Origin: Octopus vulgaris
Lineage: Eukaryota
Assembly (NCBI GenBank): GCA_951406725.2
Contig: OX597820.1
Coordinates: 82,646,001 to 82,710,000 of the forward strand
Length of the DNA: 64,000 bases
Direction: 5' to 3'
Shown here: piece after piece, positions 41,716 to 54,991 of the stretch
How the letters are laid out: each line of letters starts with the position of its first letter
How positions within the stretch are numbered: the stretch's first letter is position 1
Notes under the pieces: model-generated
What the model was told of the DNA's origin: nothing
Databases searched by the model: none
What the model saw: the letters and a program-made list of their open reading frames with translations, nothing else
Position numbers and translations under genes: made by a program

Positions 41716-42663
41716 TTATCACTTTTGTCGCTAATAATATCTTTTAAAAAGCCTGCTGGCTATTTGCGACATCAGTGACTGGAAATAGATTGAAATTTTA
41801 TATATCGGGGCAATGAGATTTGGGTTGTCTGTATAACCTGTCACCTGTCATAGAAGAAGTCCAGTAAACTGAAATCTCGTGATCTGGCAGTTCCAGTGCC
41901 CATAGAGAATGAATCTTACCTTCTTGAATATATGCCTGTGTCGCTAAACACTGTGTGTACATATTAGAGAAAGTTTCAAGGCTAATACTGCTGTAATCGG
42001 CATGCTAACAAGACATTCCCGCTAAGTAGGCCAAAAGATTATAAATGTTAATAGCATTAATGATATTATATCATAAAATTAAAATAGTGTTTACGAGTTA
42101 TTATTTCCAGTTAATTCTTACATTCATCACATTATGCTATAATAATTGGATTGATTATATTGATTCTTATGTATCTTACATTATTTTCTGCTAAATGGGT
42201 TACGTTACTATTGTAGCCAGATATACACGCACATATTGGTTCACGCACATATGACTTCGTCTAAAATCTACTTACAAGGGATATTAATATCAATGGCATT
42301 ATGAATTACATCGAGTAATTCACTATTCAGTTAAGTAAATACTTTTACATTCGTTCAGCCTATCATACTTAATCAATTGTTTTAGTTTGATTAATTATTA
42401 TAATTTATCTGATCGTTGCCAAGTATTGTTTTCGTTGTTATTGTTGTTGTAGTTGTTGATCTTCTTCTTCTTCTTCCTCCTCCTCTCCCTCTCCCTCATC
42501 TCTTCATCCATCTCCTGCTTCTCCTCCTTGAACATTTCAACTTTGATATCTCAACGTTGATGCCACGACAGAGTAACGTCCCTTGCTTTATCGATTCATT
42601 ATTTTAATCTCGCGAATTTACGATAACCCTCGTTAAGCACTCTTTTACATTGGTCGACATTTA

Positions 42664-42729
<66 letters not shown>

Positions 42730-42765
42730 CATACATATACATATATATACATATACATACATACT

Positions 42766-42816
<51 letters not shown>

Positions 42817-42824
<8 letters not shown>

Positions 42825-44069
42825 ATATTTCGGAATGGTCATATTGCCAGTTTAGCCAATAAAAACACACGCACTATATATTTGGTGTTATTTTGCTTCA
42901 GTGATATTTATTTTTTACATTAATCTTAATCTTATTTCGGCCAAAGTTCTTTCGTCACACTCCTGTGACCGCATCAGTGGTCCTTTGTTTTCTTCTCACT
43001 TACTTGTGTCTCTCCTTACTAACCGTCAGCCATTTTGTATTTCTATTGTATGTCTTCATTTGTGCATGCTTATATCTCTATGTGCGTCTATGTTTATTTA
43101 ATGTGTGTGTGGGGGGGATGCCTGTAATATTTGTATCTTCTGGTTATATACATTCTTGTAATTTGTATTTTGTTTTTGTTGTTGTTGCTTTTGTTCTAAT
43201 GTTGTTCATGTGTTTACATCCACCCATTATTATCATTACATATGCTTGTATGTATGTATAACAACAATATTAGTAATAATAATAATAAATCTAATCGAAA
43301 AAAAAAAAAAAGAATATACATATACATATATATACATACATATACATATACATATATATATATATACATATATACACACATATATACACATATACATATA
43401 TATACACATACACATATATATAGATATTCATTTCTATTTCTTTAATTACCTGTGTATTTATTATGTTTGCAGGATCCACTATTTTCATATGTTGTGGTGT
43501 GCGCTATTGCTCCATTCTAGTTTTCTATTCAGGCTAGGTTTATTTTCTATTATATGTGTAGCTTCTGTAATTTGTCTAATTGTTGCATCTGTTCTATGTG
43601 TGGACAATATCTTAATCTCTATGTTATTGATTGATCCCCCGTGTTCTTGTTCGGCGTGTTGGTACAGAATCGATGAGCTTTTACCTTCATCGATTCTGTA
43701 CCAACACGCCGAACAAGAACAAGAACACAAGAACACAAGAACACAAGAACAAGAAATATTACAGGCATCCCCCCCACACACACACTAAATAAACATAGAC
43801 GCACATAGAGATATAAGCATGCGCAAATGAAGACATACAATAGAAATACAAAATGGCTGACGGTTAGTAAGGAGAGACACAAGTAAGTGAGAAGAAAACA
43901 AAGGACCACTGATGCGGTCACAGGAGTGTGACGAAAGAACTTTGGCCGAAATAAGATTAAGATTAATGTAAAAAATAAATATCACTGAAGCAAAATAACA
44001 CCAAATATATAGTGCGTGTGTTTTTATTGGCTAAACTGGCAATATGACCATTCCGAAATATAACAATAT
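42817..44069 (-). mobile_element. 5'-truncated Penelope-like element with inverted terminal-repeat copy
   Basis: 42817-43132 and 43754-44069 are near-perfect ~315-bp inverted repeats. The minus-strand spacer encodes a GIY-YIG C-terminus SSILYQHAEQEHGG..IEIKILS..IRQITEATHIIENKPSLNRKLEW. Confidence 0.88.
43903..43947 (+). ncRNA. Variant hammerhead-like motif within the PLE terminal repeat (mirror copy at 42939-42983, - strand)
   Basis: GGACCA CUGAUGC G GUCAC aggagu GUGAC GAAA GAAC UU UGGCC: stem II 5 bp, partial stem I, and a core with C in place of A9. Confidence 0.45.
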
Positions 44070-44122
44070 CTGTTTCAACACACGACTTCACATAAAAAAT
44101 CTTGCACAACAAATATTTAAAC

Positions 44123-44157
<35 letters not shown>

Positions 44158-44376
44158 CATACATATATGAACATGTTAGTGTATTTTGAATATCTAGAGC
44201 TACATATAGAAATATACACAGACAGGCCCGCACACATAGAGACAAACACTTGTTTCTATATTTATATATTTATCGAAATGTTTATATTTGCGTACCTGTC
44301 TGTATTTATATTTCGGAATCTTTATGTGCTTCCTTATATAGGTCTTCGAAAATATTTAATCTATCTATCTATCTAC

Positions 44377-44466
<90 letters not shown>

Positions 44467-44993
44467 GTATGTCTGTCTGTCTGTCTAACTGTGTGTCTGT
44501 CTGTATGTGTATCTGTGAATGAGTGTGTATTGGTGTGTATTGGTGTGTAAGTAAGTAGGCTTATATATACTTGTGCATACGTATATTTGTAAAGATCTAC
44601 ATACATATTTTAGCTAACATAAGCCTCGTTTATTCCCAACCACTGCTTGGCGTTGATGCCGCTATTTTCATCAAAAATGGTGGTCCACTAGCGTAACTCA
44701 GTCACTGATTCTATCTACGGCTTTGAATCTACCCAGAGATATCACTCATCGGTACTTTTTCATTAAGAAATAATAAAGAGACAGAGACACCCGTCTGGGA
44801 ACCTGATAGGATGAAGCATTGGGTAGATGTGGTGCTTTTACACATTTTGCCATAAGAGGGAACTTTTTCTCCACGGTATGCAGTGAAGTTAAAATATGTC
44901 AAACATTTTAAAACTAAATTCCATACCTACCTACCTATCTACCTACCTACCTACCTGCCTACTTACCTACCTACATACATACATACATAGAGA

Positions 44994-45379
44994 GGAAGCA
45001 CTCCGTCGGTTACGATGACGAGGGTTCCGGTTGATCCGAATCAACGGAACAGCCTGCTCGTGAAATTAACGTGTAAGTGGCTGAGTACTCCACAGACACG
45101 TGTACCCTTAACGTAGTTCTCGGGGATATTCAGCGTGACACAGAGAGTGACAAGGCCGGCCCTTTGAAATACAGGTACAACAGAAACAGGAAGTAAGAGT
45201 GAGAGAGAAAGTTGTGGTGAAAGAGCACAGCAGGGATCACCACCATCCCCTGCCGGAGCCTCGTGGAGCTTTAGGTGTTTTCGCTCAATAAACATTCACA
45301 ACGCCCGGTCTGGGAATCGAAACCGCGACCCTACGACCGCGAGTCCGCTGCCCTAACCACTGGGCCAATGCGCCTCCAC
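44994..45379 (-). mobile_element. tRNA-derived SINE, family C, apparently full length and CpG-rich (young)
   Basis: Minus strand starts GTGGAGGCGCATTGGCCCAGTGGTTAGGGCAGCGGACTCGCGGTCGTAGGGTCGCGGTTTCGATTCCC with clear A and B boxes; flanked on both sides by (TACA)n. Confidence 0.85.
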
Positions 45380-45392
45380 ATACATACATACA

Positions 45393-45424
<32 letters not shown>

Positions 45425-45426
<2 letters not shown>

Positions 45427-46768
45427 AAGTGATAAATCTTTTACGTTTTGAGCCTACGCTCTTCAACAGAAAGGAATAAGGGAAAATAAACAGAGATTTA
45501 GCGATCAAGCATTGCGACTGGTTGGGAAAAATAGGTTTGACAGTAGGGGTAGAAAGAAGAGGATATATTAAAGCATTGGTGATCCCCAAACTAAGGTACG
45601 CGTACGTTTAGGTGTATGTGAGAATGTGTATGTGTGTGGATAGGGGATAGTGACTCTAACGTGTGGATGTATGCGTGTGTGTGTGCGTCTGTAATGTGTG
45701 GATGTATGGATGATGGTATGTGTGTATGCAGATGGTGGTGTGGGTGTGGGGATGATGGTGTGTTGGTATGGAGATGATGATGTATGGTGTAGATGTTGGG
45801 AGTTGTCAGTGGTAGTGTATGTGGGATGGTGTGGTGCGATGGTGTGTGATGTGGTGTGGGGGTGGTATGGTTTGGGGGTGTGGGGATGTGGGGGGAGAGT
45901 GTGGCATGGAGGTATGCGGGTAGTGGTGGAGTATGTGAAAGTGGGGTGTGTGGTTGTGTGGTGTGGATGGAGGGAGTATCAAGGATAAGAGAAGGTGGGT
46001 AGGAGTGAGGATAGGAAGTAGGTGTTGGAGGAAGAGAAGAGAGAAGAGATGGGTAGGAGCGAAGTGAGGAAGAGAAGAAGGTGAAGAGAAGAGGAGAATT
46101 GAGCTCATGTGGCGCGAAATTGCGAAGAGAGAAGACTAATTCCTGTTCACAATGAGGTTGGGAGTTCAGATGCAAAGACAATCCGAACACAGACAAGTGT
46201 TGTAGTGAATGACCAGTAGAGTGGAAATGGCGCGAGACCGAGGTGTCATTGTCGAACCGGTCAGCCAATCCGCATCCCGTTTGGCCAACATACAGAGAAA
46301 GGCAGAAAGAGCAGGAGATGCAGTAAATGACGTTGCTAGAAGTGCAGGTAAAGGAGTCGGTGATATGATAGGGACGATGATGGGTGCCCGTGAGGATGGT
46401 AGTTCTGGAGAGGTAGGGACAAGTGCGGCAGCGTGGGCGGGAGCAGAGGAATGAGCCAGGTTCCAAAGATGGGGGTTAGGGATGAAACTGTAGAGCAGGA
46501 GGTCACGCTGGTTATGGGCTCGTTTGAAGGAGGGAAGGGGTAGTGTAGAGAAGATTTTCGAGATGGAGGGGTGGTATTGGAGTCGCCGGAAGGCTCGGGA
46601 AAGGATGCGTTCTAGGGGCAGGGTGGAGGAGTAATATGTGAGGGGAAAGGGGAGACGAGTAACGGCTTGGCGGGTGCGGAGAGAGAGAGCAGATGTACAG
46701 TACACGGAACGTGCTCTGGTGAGAGCTGTGTGGATAGCAGTGAGGGGGATATCCACGAAAGTCTCATC

Positions 46769-46770
<2 letters not shown>
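45425..46770 (-). mobile_element. Penelope-like element 3' part (linker + GIY-YIG + low-complexity 3' UTR + decayed hammerhead)
   Basis: Minus ORFs RLPFPLTYYS..SFKRAHNQRDLL and CSRPRCRTCPYL..FTCTSSNVIYCISCSFCLSLYVGQTG..LADRF..HFHSTGH..EQELVFSL..PHELN. The 3' end 45438-45473 reads CUUU CUGUUGA A GAGC guag GCUC AAAA CGUA AAAG. Confidence 0.9.
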
Positions 46771-46818
<48 letters not shown>

Positions 46819-49619
46819 AGATATATATTAATGTGTCTCACATCTATGTGAGTGATTTGTCATGAAGTACCAAGATTTTCGTTTTCTTTTTACTTCAGAT
46901 CAATTAAGGAGTTGAAATTCTTAGCTTTCAGGTCAATTTTCAGATTATTTAAAACAGTATTTTTCCAAGTGCACAACCCAGCATCAGTGACAATGTATGC
47001 ACTCTGCATACTTTATACTATCAATATTTACATCAACATCACGAATTTTCAACACCGTTTTTAAGAGGTCGGCTTAATTTGGTCTATACAAAACATTCCC
47101 CGATACAAAATATTTACTCACACACCTATAGACATTACAACAGTTTGGAGTTGGCTTCGCGTCGAAACTAATTTCTTCAAGGAATTCTTCCTTTAATAGC
47201 TTTTACAGTTAACAATAATTCTGAAAATAGAAATGGAAAATATCTGTTAAGTAGTTTTTATTATAAATTCAGTTGTTTCCTCAGGGTATTTCTCTTGTTG
47301 CTGTATTATATTACTATATTTAGGTGGTTCCTGTTGAGCATGATTTGCTTCAGCTTATGTTGTTCTCATGTAAGATACCTTCCATTAAAAGTTTTTAAAC
47401 ATTTCTATTGCTATCATTTGATACACATTGATGGGCACTTACTTTATATGTCTACACATGACACACACACACGCTCTCTCTCTCTCTCTGTCTCACACGC
47501 ACCAAAGATTTTAACTAATTACAAAATATAATAGCATGAAATGTTTCTGAATAATTTCAAAATACAATTCATGATATAGTCATAGATTTCTTCTTTCCAG
47601 TTTCAGCTTTAATTGATATCTTCAGTGTCACTAAATATTTTACCTAATTTCAAAGTAAAATGGCATTAATTGTTTTCACATAATTCCATAATATATAGAT
47701 ATAAAAAAATTCACTCACAGATTTTTCTTATAGACAATTCTATGTGATGTTTCCATTACTACGGAATACCAATTATACCGAGAGTATTGAAATGGTGGGT
47801 AATTAAAAAATGCATTTAATTTCGCCCGATATTCATTAATAAATTACATTTTTTCATGTTTCCTCGTTATTGTTCTTTTGTTGAATCTCCATACTAGTAT
47901 AGGAAGAAAATTGTCAAATCCGGCAATACTGATTCCTCACAATTATCTACCGGGCATTTTCTCGTGTAAGAGTTTAATTTGTTGGCAGCTTACTTTCACA
48001 TTTCTATAGACTGTCAGACAAGTTAATCTTCGCATATCAAAATATATATTAAATTTTCGAAAAATTATCCTTTTATTTTAAGGGAATCTATTTATATGTA
48101 GAATTGAGAAAATTCTAATAAATGATATACAGTTTGGTCGGCTGCTTTTATTGTGTCTTACAGTCATAGATTTTATATACAGCTTGTATATGCATGCGTA
48201 TAATTTTTATAGAATTTACTCTTTCTCTTAATGATTGGATGTTTCTTTCTAACTTTTTTACCTATTGGCTGCAAAGTAACATAAGTAAGTTTTGGTGACG
48301 GCATAACTTCTTTTCCATATTCATTATTTGTCTCAAGAAGTTCCTGAGTATCTATTTGTTTCACACTTGGAAATCAATATTGATTAAATTCAAGGGGTAA
48401 TTTATACGCTATAATCTCTTTTTAAATGATCTGAGACCATTGTGCAAATTCGGTCTGCTAACTTATATGAGCTGTTGACTCGAAAATGCTTGGGTGGACT
48501 AAGTAAAAAGGATATGTTATTTTGAGTTAATATCTTTATTGTGCATGTATTCATACATACACGCACACATATAACACACACACTTACACGTTTCTAATTC
48601 ATTATTTCCTTTTATCTCGAATAGAGTGGCCAAGTGATTAGGGCGTTGGGCTTACGATCATATGCCCATGGGTCTGATTCTTGAACTGGGAAGAAAGATG
48701 TGCCTTGCGCGAGGCACTTCTTTTCCAGTTGCTTCAGTCACCTCAGCTAAAGGGGAGTTCTAACCTGATGTTGCCGCAACTTTCTCTCTATATAATTGTT
48801 ACATCTTTGATATTTCCATAACAGAATGATTGAAGGGCTGAGAGGAAATGAATTTCTGATGGCGAGTAGATAGGCATCTTACATGCATTAAGTGAAAACA
48901 TGTTACTCGTTACCAAGCCTTATTAGACATTTGTTTTCTATATCAATGTAAAGAAGATTGTAAATTTCCTTTCAAATAACTATTGAAACTATTTCCACGT
49001 TTGTGAGGATCCTTAATTTATGATATCCCAAAACTAATTTCGCATAAGTTGATGCAGCTTTTCTATTCATAGTTGTCGATAGCTATCTCACTGATCATAA
49101 AGTAGTCGTTCGCTAAAAGATACTGAAATATATCTATAGTAATTTCACACCAACACTGTTTATTAGTTCATAGTTCACCAGTAAACGAATCTAATCAGCA
49201 TTTGATTGTTTGGAGTTTGTAATTGTGTGTGATATTGACATATATGATTATAGGTATGGTAATATCACACACTATATATAGGTATTTTCGTTCTTAGTGT
49301 TTCGTAGATGTTTCAGGGTATCAAGATCATCTCTCATAATAGTATGTGCATGTTCCAAGAAATATTTTAATACAGTGTCTAGAAAATTACTTAAGTGTTG
49401 TGCCTCACATATCAGGCCTGCAATGGGCCTCAAATTTAGATAATTTGACGTGGTTATATTCGCGTAACTGCTCCATATATATTCTCATACTTCAGTAACT
49501 AATTTATGTACATTTTGTTAGTACATAGATTAATCCACACATTATCATACAAATTCTCAATATAAAACTAGTAAATTCTATTGTTTATATAAAATACATA
49601 AAAGTAAATTGATTCTTGA

Positions 49620-50270
49620 AGCGCATGAAAATCTGAGGAGGACTAACTCGCTTTAATGGGCTAGCTTTCAAGTCTTTAACTTCGTTTCATAAGTTCCTCA
49701 AATCTCTCTCTTAATGTTTCATCTCTTCCGAAAATCTTTGCTATCACGTTTCATGTTTCAAAAGCATCACATATTTAATGTTTAACAAACCTCCTTCATC
49801 TGTTTCATCTATTTCACAAATTTCTCTCATCTTACACACTACTTCCTCGTGTGTTTTTTTTCAAACGAATAAAACGCATAATTTCTCGATTAGGATTTCT
49901 AGTCCTAATTCCAACTCATGCTCCGACACCTTCCAACGGTCCCCACAGCTTTTGACTGCAACATGCAGAGAATACGAAATGTTCTCTGTGCTTGCTAGAA
50001 GTAACGACCAAAATTTCTCAAAGAATCCAGAACCATTTAAAATGGAAAGAAATAACTGTTTTAAATTTTAAAATATCCTGAATGTTTACTGTTGAAACAT
50101 CCTCCGATCTTTGACTAGCTCGATCATGTCTAACATACAGTTAAACAACAACAACAACGATTTACGATCTGCTAGCTCTGCGACCATTGATACACAAGTG
50201 TCCCTTAAATGTAAGATGTGACTATTTGCTCTATGGTATCGCTGAGAAGAGGGAATCATTTGTTTCATTA
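49620..50270 (-). mobile_element. Possible Merlin/ISXO2-like DNA transposase remnant
   Basis: Scattered minus-strand motifs CMLDMIELVKD, GSGFFEKF, ELELG and ICEIDET (cf. VEIDES) occur in the expected order; highly degenerate. Confidence 0.3.
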
Positions 50271-50674
50271 TTTTTTTACCAACATTTTGTACATAATTTC
50301 TCAGCTTTACTTATAATATAAGTAGGTCTACCTGTGTGTAAATGAGAATCACTTTAATGATTGAAAGTAAAAAGAATTTAAGCAGCACAAATTACATTTT
50401 TGAAAAGGATTGTACAGGAAATTTGAAAGTGACGCACTTTTCTTCTCCACCCATTTCTTAATTCTTTGCTCGAAACACTGGAACATATATCAAAGAACTT
50501 TCTTCAATTTATATTGTGTAAAGTGTGAGAAATATAAAGGTTCGTTTCTCCCCCATTATTTAATAAACTAGTGATCATCTCAGTTTTGCAGTTAACCACT
50601 TCTACTTAACTAATTCTATTCAACGCTCCATCGTCGACGTGTTGATTAAGGTATCATTCAAACGTATCTTTATA

Positions 50675-51040
50675 TTTTATCTTTTATTTGTTTCAATCAT
50701 TAGGTTACGGTCATGATGAGACGTTGAAGAATTTTTAGACGAATGAATTGACTCCAGTACTATTTTTTAAATCCTAGTACTTATTCTCTCGTTCTTTTTG
50801 TCGAACCACTACGTTACGGGGACGTGAACACATCAGGATCGGTTGTCAAGCGGTGTGGGGGTGGATAAACACAAGCACAAAGATACACATATACACACAC
50901 ACACACACGAAGGGCTTCTTTCAGTTTCTGTAAGGCTTTGGTTGGTTCGAGGCCATAGTAGAAGACACTTAACCAAGGTGTCACGCAGTGGGAATGAACC
51001 CGGAGCCATATGGTTAAGAAGCAAGCTTCTTATCACCATT
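50675..51040 (-). mobile_element. SINE family A copy
   Basis: Reverse-complement similarity to 58799-59205 and direct similarity to 8893-9243. Confidence 0.8.
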
Positions 51041-53747
51041 CACTATTCGTTGATCAAATAACTTGAAAGCATAAAGCCGGTGTAGACAATCAATGAGATT
51101 CATGGGCGCCAAGATGCATACACATATAAAGTTCCAACTCCGTATCAACATTAAATACTAAAACAGCTCACCAGTTTTTATAAATGATAAATGAATCTGT
51201 AGATGAGTTCAATAAATTAAATTATTATGAGGAGTGAAGCATCTAACTTGTTAGGCGTTTGCATTTTGAATAACAATGAAGAAGAGAGAGAAAAAGGGAG
51301 TTGTCACTTTGGTGATAGACCACGGAAACTCAACTAATTAATCATAATACCATCATAACTACATACTTAGCCAAACGTATAACCCATAAAATAAGACTTC
51401 ACTTCCCTGCTAAAAACATGTTCACCTCTTCTCTAAAATGTACCGTTACAACTGACACTCGACCGATTTCCAAGATCTGGGAGCGCACTGTTGCTTCACA
51501 TACAATCCCGTAATATCGTATTTAACGAAATCATCTAACCGATGTTATTAAACCTTTAAAAAGCTATATGATACACCCAGTATCCTTTAGGTTAACAGGT
51601 AATTTTCTCTGACCCGTCAGCAACACAACAGCAGCTTCTCACTCCTTGATGTAGTAAGATATGTCTAACACAAAAAATCTAAACTGTTTATCTTGCCACT
51701 CTGCTGCCTTCTTTGTCTCGCACTAAAATCCGCTTAAAAGTCATTAATTCTTGCTAAAAAAGCTTCTTTTTGCTGAATGCTCATAGTTGTAGTAGCTCTC
51801 CTTAAGAATAATTTTTATTTATAATTCTATGAAGTATCGTCAGACATAATAAATAAACTATACAAAAGACAGAAAACGCGATCAAAAGGAATGCTATATA
51901 TCATATAATATGAAGAGCAAAGAAATTTAATTTGATAATTATCTTAGTAGAATACATTACAACATATTTATTGAAAATAATTTCAAGTTTCCAAGTTGGC
52001 CAAACACTTTAAAAGTTGTTCTAATTATAATGTATTATATGAAAAGTTAAAATAATTACTTTATATCTAAATAAAAACTGACCATAAGCATATAATTGAA
52101 AGATTTATATATATATGTATATATATAAAAGAAATGCAGGTTTAAAATACTCTAATTAATGTTTCAAATTATGTGAAGAGGGAAAACATTCAATTGATGA
52201 TCGCTTATATAAATTTCAAAATGGATCAGAAAACTAAATTACAAACATTAACAGAATATTAGAAATATTCTCCTCGTATATTAAAATATTACTGCAATAT
52301 ATTATACAGAAACTCTAATATATAAAACAAAATAGAAAATATTTATTACATGTTTTGAAATATCAAATATTAAAATATTATTAAATATTAAAAAGGGCTC
52401 TTACAACATAGACAAAAGACATAGAAAACAAGAATATAGTGTTTGAATATATATAATAATGTACGTTTGAAACTAAAAGTAAAAAAAAAAACAACTATAG
52501 CTGCTTGTATATAAATGAGATATATTCATAAGTAAATATTTAAAAAAGTATGCAATAAAATATGAAATAGCCACAATAAAATACAAATTTAATATTAATA
52601 ACTTCAACGCTATAAAGAAACGCTTTATATACACTGGATTACTTCAATGTATAAAAGGTCCAATAAAAGAGAGTATTATAATTTTTACAATGAAAAACCC
52701 GTAAAACCTTTGGCAAATATATATTTATTAGAATTTTTACTAAAATTATAGAAGACGACAACAATAAATGCAAATATTTTTCTTGTTTTCATATTCATTA
52801 CAAGATTAATAACATGAATATTGTAAAGAAATTTTACATCATTTAAATAATTCAAACATAACATGTACAATAGATACATTTGATCTCACTATTTTGCATG
52901 TATATACTTGTATAATACACTGTACGTACATGTCTCTGTATTTAGTCTGCTTTTGATTCGCTTCATAACAACAGGATCTCGGATTCGATTCCACTCTCCA
53001 GTACGAGGAGGAATTTGTTTCTTCTATTGTATTCTCTGCTGGAATAAAAATATAAAACTGTGATTGAAATTAGGGAGACAAAAACGGTGCTAGAGCTGAC
53101 TAAATATGTGTATGTGTATATACAAAGGGGTGTTAGATCCTTTTTCGGATTTCATGATGAGTCTTCGACAATTTGAACTGCTTACTAGTTAAATCGATGT
53201 GTCAGCAGCTGCATAATTCCCCGTGACTTACACGGTTTACTTAATTCTTATGCCGAATCGGCATAACAGAATTCGTGTCAATGTTGTAACTTACTATTGC
53301 AGTTATACTCAATATACGGAGATCGTACACACTCAAAGCGTAGTGTAGTGAGACACAGAGAAATTTTAGAACGACTCGATCATTGATACACATATTTTTG
53401 CATGTATCAACATGAAAGAAAAGAAAATTGATACATTGAGCGAAAATATTTGATTCTCTTGTAATCTCCTTCACTCAGACATCCTATCTTTTCTCCCGAG
53501 ATCGAAAGATGCATCCCAGACAAAATACTGGGATCAAATTGATCGATAAAACACCTTAAAGGAGGACATGGATATTACTGTTTTCTACGGAGGAAACCAC
53601 TATGAGATAAGAAATACAGTTTGAAATTAAATAGACTAATAAGACATCAAATTAATAGAACGATTTAGTAAAGTTACTATTGGAATATAAATTAGTAAAT
53701 TAGACTTGTTCATTGACTATATTCATTTAAGATTAGGAGAGAAGAAG

Positions 53748-53940
53748 GCGGTGAGCTGGCAGAATGGTTAGCACGCCGGGCGAAATGTTTAGCAGCATTA
53801 CATCCGTCTTTGCGCTCTGAATTCAAATTCCACCCGAGTCGACCTTGTCTTCCATCCTTTGAGGACTGGGGTTGATGTAATTGAGTTCCGCCCGCTCACC
53901 CGAAACTGCTGACTTTGTGCCAAAATTTGAAACCAACATT
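53748..53940 (+). mobile_element. SINE family B copy
   Basis: GGCGGTGAGCTGGCAGAATGGTTAGCACGCCGGGCGAAATG...ATTCAAATTCC...GTCGACCTTG. Confidence 0.85.
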
Positions 53941-53963
53941 AAGAGATAAGACGCGCGCGCGCG

Positions 53964-54018
<55 letters not shown>

Positions 54019-54035
54019 ATGTGTGTATATATATG

Positions 54036-54075
<40 letters not shown>

Positions 54076-54079
54076 GATA

Positions 54080-54770
54080 CAGTGTGCGATGGGTAAATTG
54101 TCGCCATTTTATATTTTTAATTTCGTGCATGCACATTGTTTTTGATTTTGTCGTCTACACAATATAGTAGGGTCAGTTGGGTACCGTCTGTGAAAAAAAA
54201 ACCAGCACCATGACGCAGTTCATTCTGCTAGAAATTTGGAAATAGCATGCTGTACTGCTTGGAAGCTCCTATACGAACAGCATCCAGTCAACATCATGGT
54301 GTTTGGAGTGATCACTAGTGATGGCGAAGTTATGTCTACATACGTCTTCCTACATAACCTCAGACTCAACACGGAAGCCTACATTAAATGCCTGAAGGAC
54401 AACCCAGTCATGGCTGTGAGACAATTTCTGCAACTACATCACCCCTAACATCTGGCCACCTAACTCCCCAGCCTGCAACCCCCTTGATTATTATGTGTGG
54501 AGTGCAGTTGAGCGAGAGACCCACAAAACTCCTTGTAACTGATGAACTGAAGGCAAAGGAGTATGGCAGCATTCACCAACTTAACAAGGAGACCATCCAG
54601 AAGAGTTGTAAGAGAGTCCGAAGTTGTCTGGAGGCCGTGGTTGAAGCCAATGGCGATTTTATGAATACAGTTACTCTTTAGTAATTCAAGATATTTTTAT
54701 GTAATTTCGGTAGATATATCTGTTAAAATGAGATGTCAGTGTTAACTTCATTTTTCATAGCTTGTACGAC
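54080..54770 (+). mobile_element. Internally deleted Tc1/mariner-superfamily element
   Basis: Begins TA-CAGTGTGCG; peptides HPVNIMVFGVITSDG..LNTEAYIKCL, WPPNSPACNPLDYYVWSAVE and RSCLEAVVEANGDF. Confidence 0.85.
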
Positions 54771-54835
54771 TCTCTTTTGATACCAGTCTTGCGATCATAA
54801 GTGCAACACCCTAACCATTCAGCGAATTGGATATA

Positions 54836-54873
<38 letters not shown>

Positions 54874-54885
54874 TAACACAATATA

Positions 54886-54922
54886 TGTTTAACACAAGAA
54901 CACAAGGCATCACCTGGTCCAG

Positions 54923-54991
<69 letters not shown>

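Noticed and set aside
45300-45379. tRNA gene
   Set aside because: The tRNA-like A/B boxes are the head of a longer SINE; no complete cloverleaf or acceptor stem.
53248-53266. Palindrome TTATGCCGA-A-TCGGCATAA
   Set aside because: Short and isolated, probably within a DNA-transposon remnant; no supporting context.
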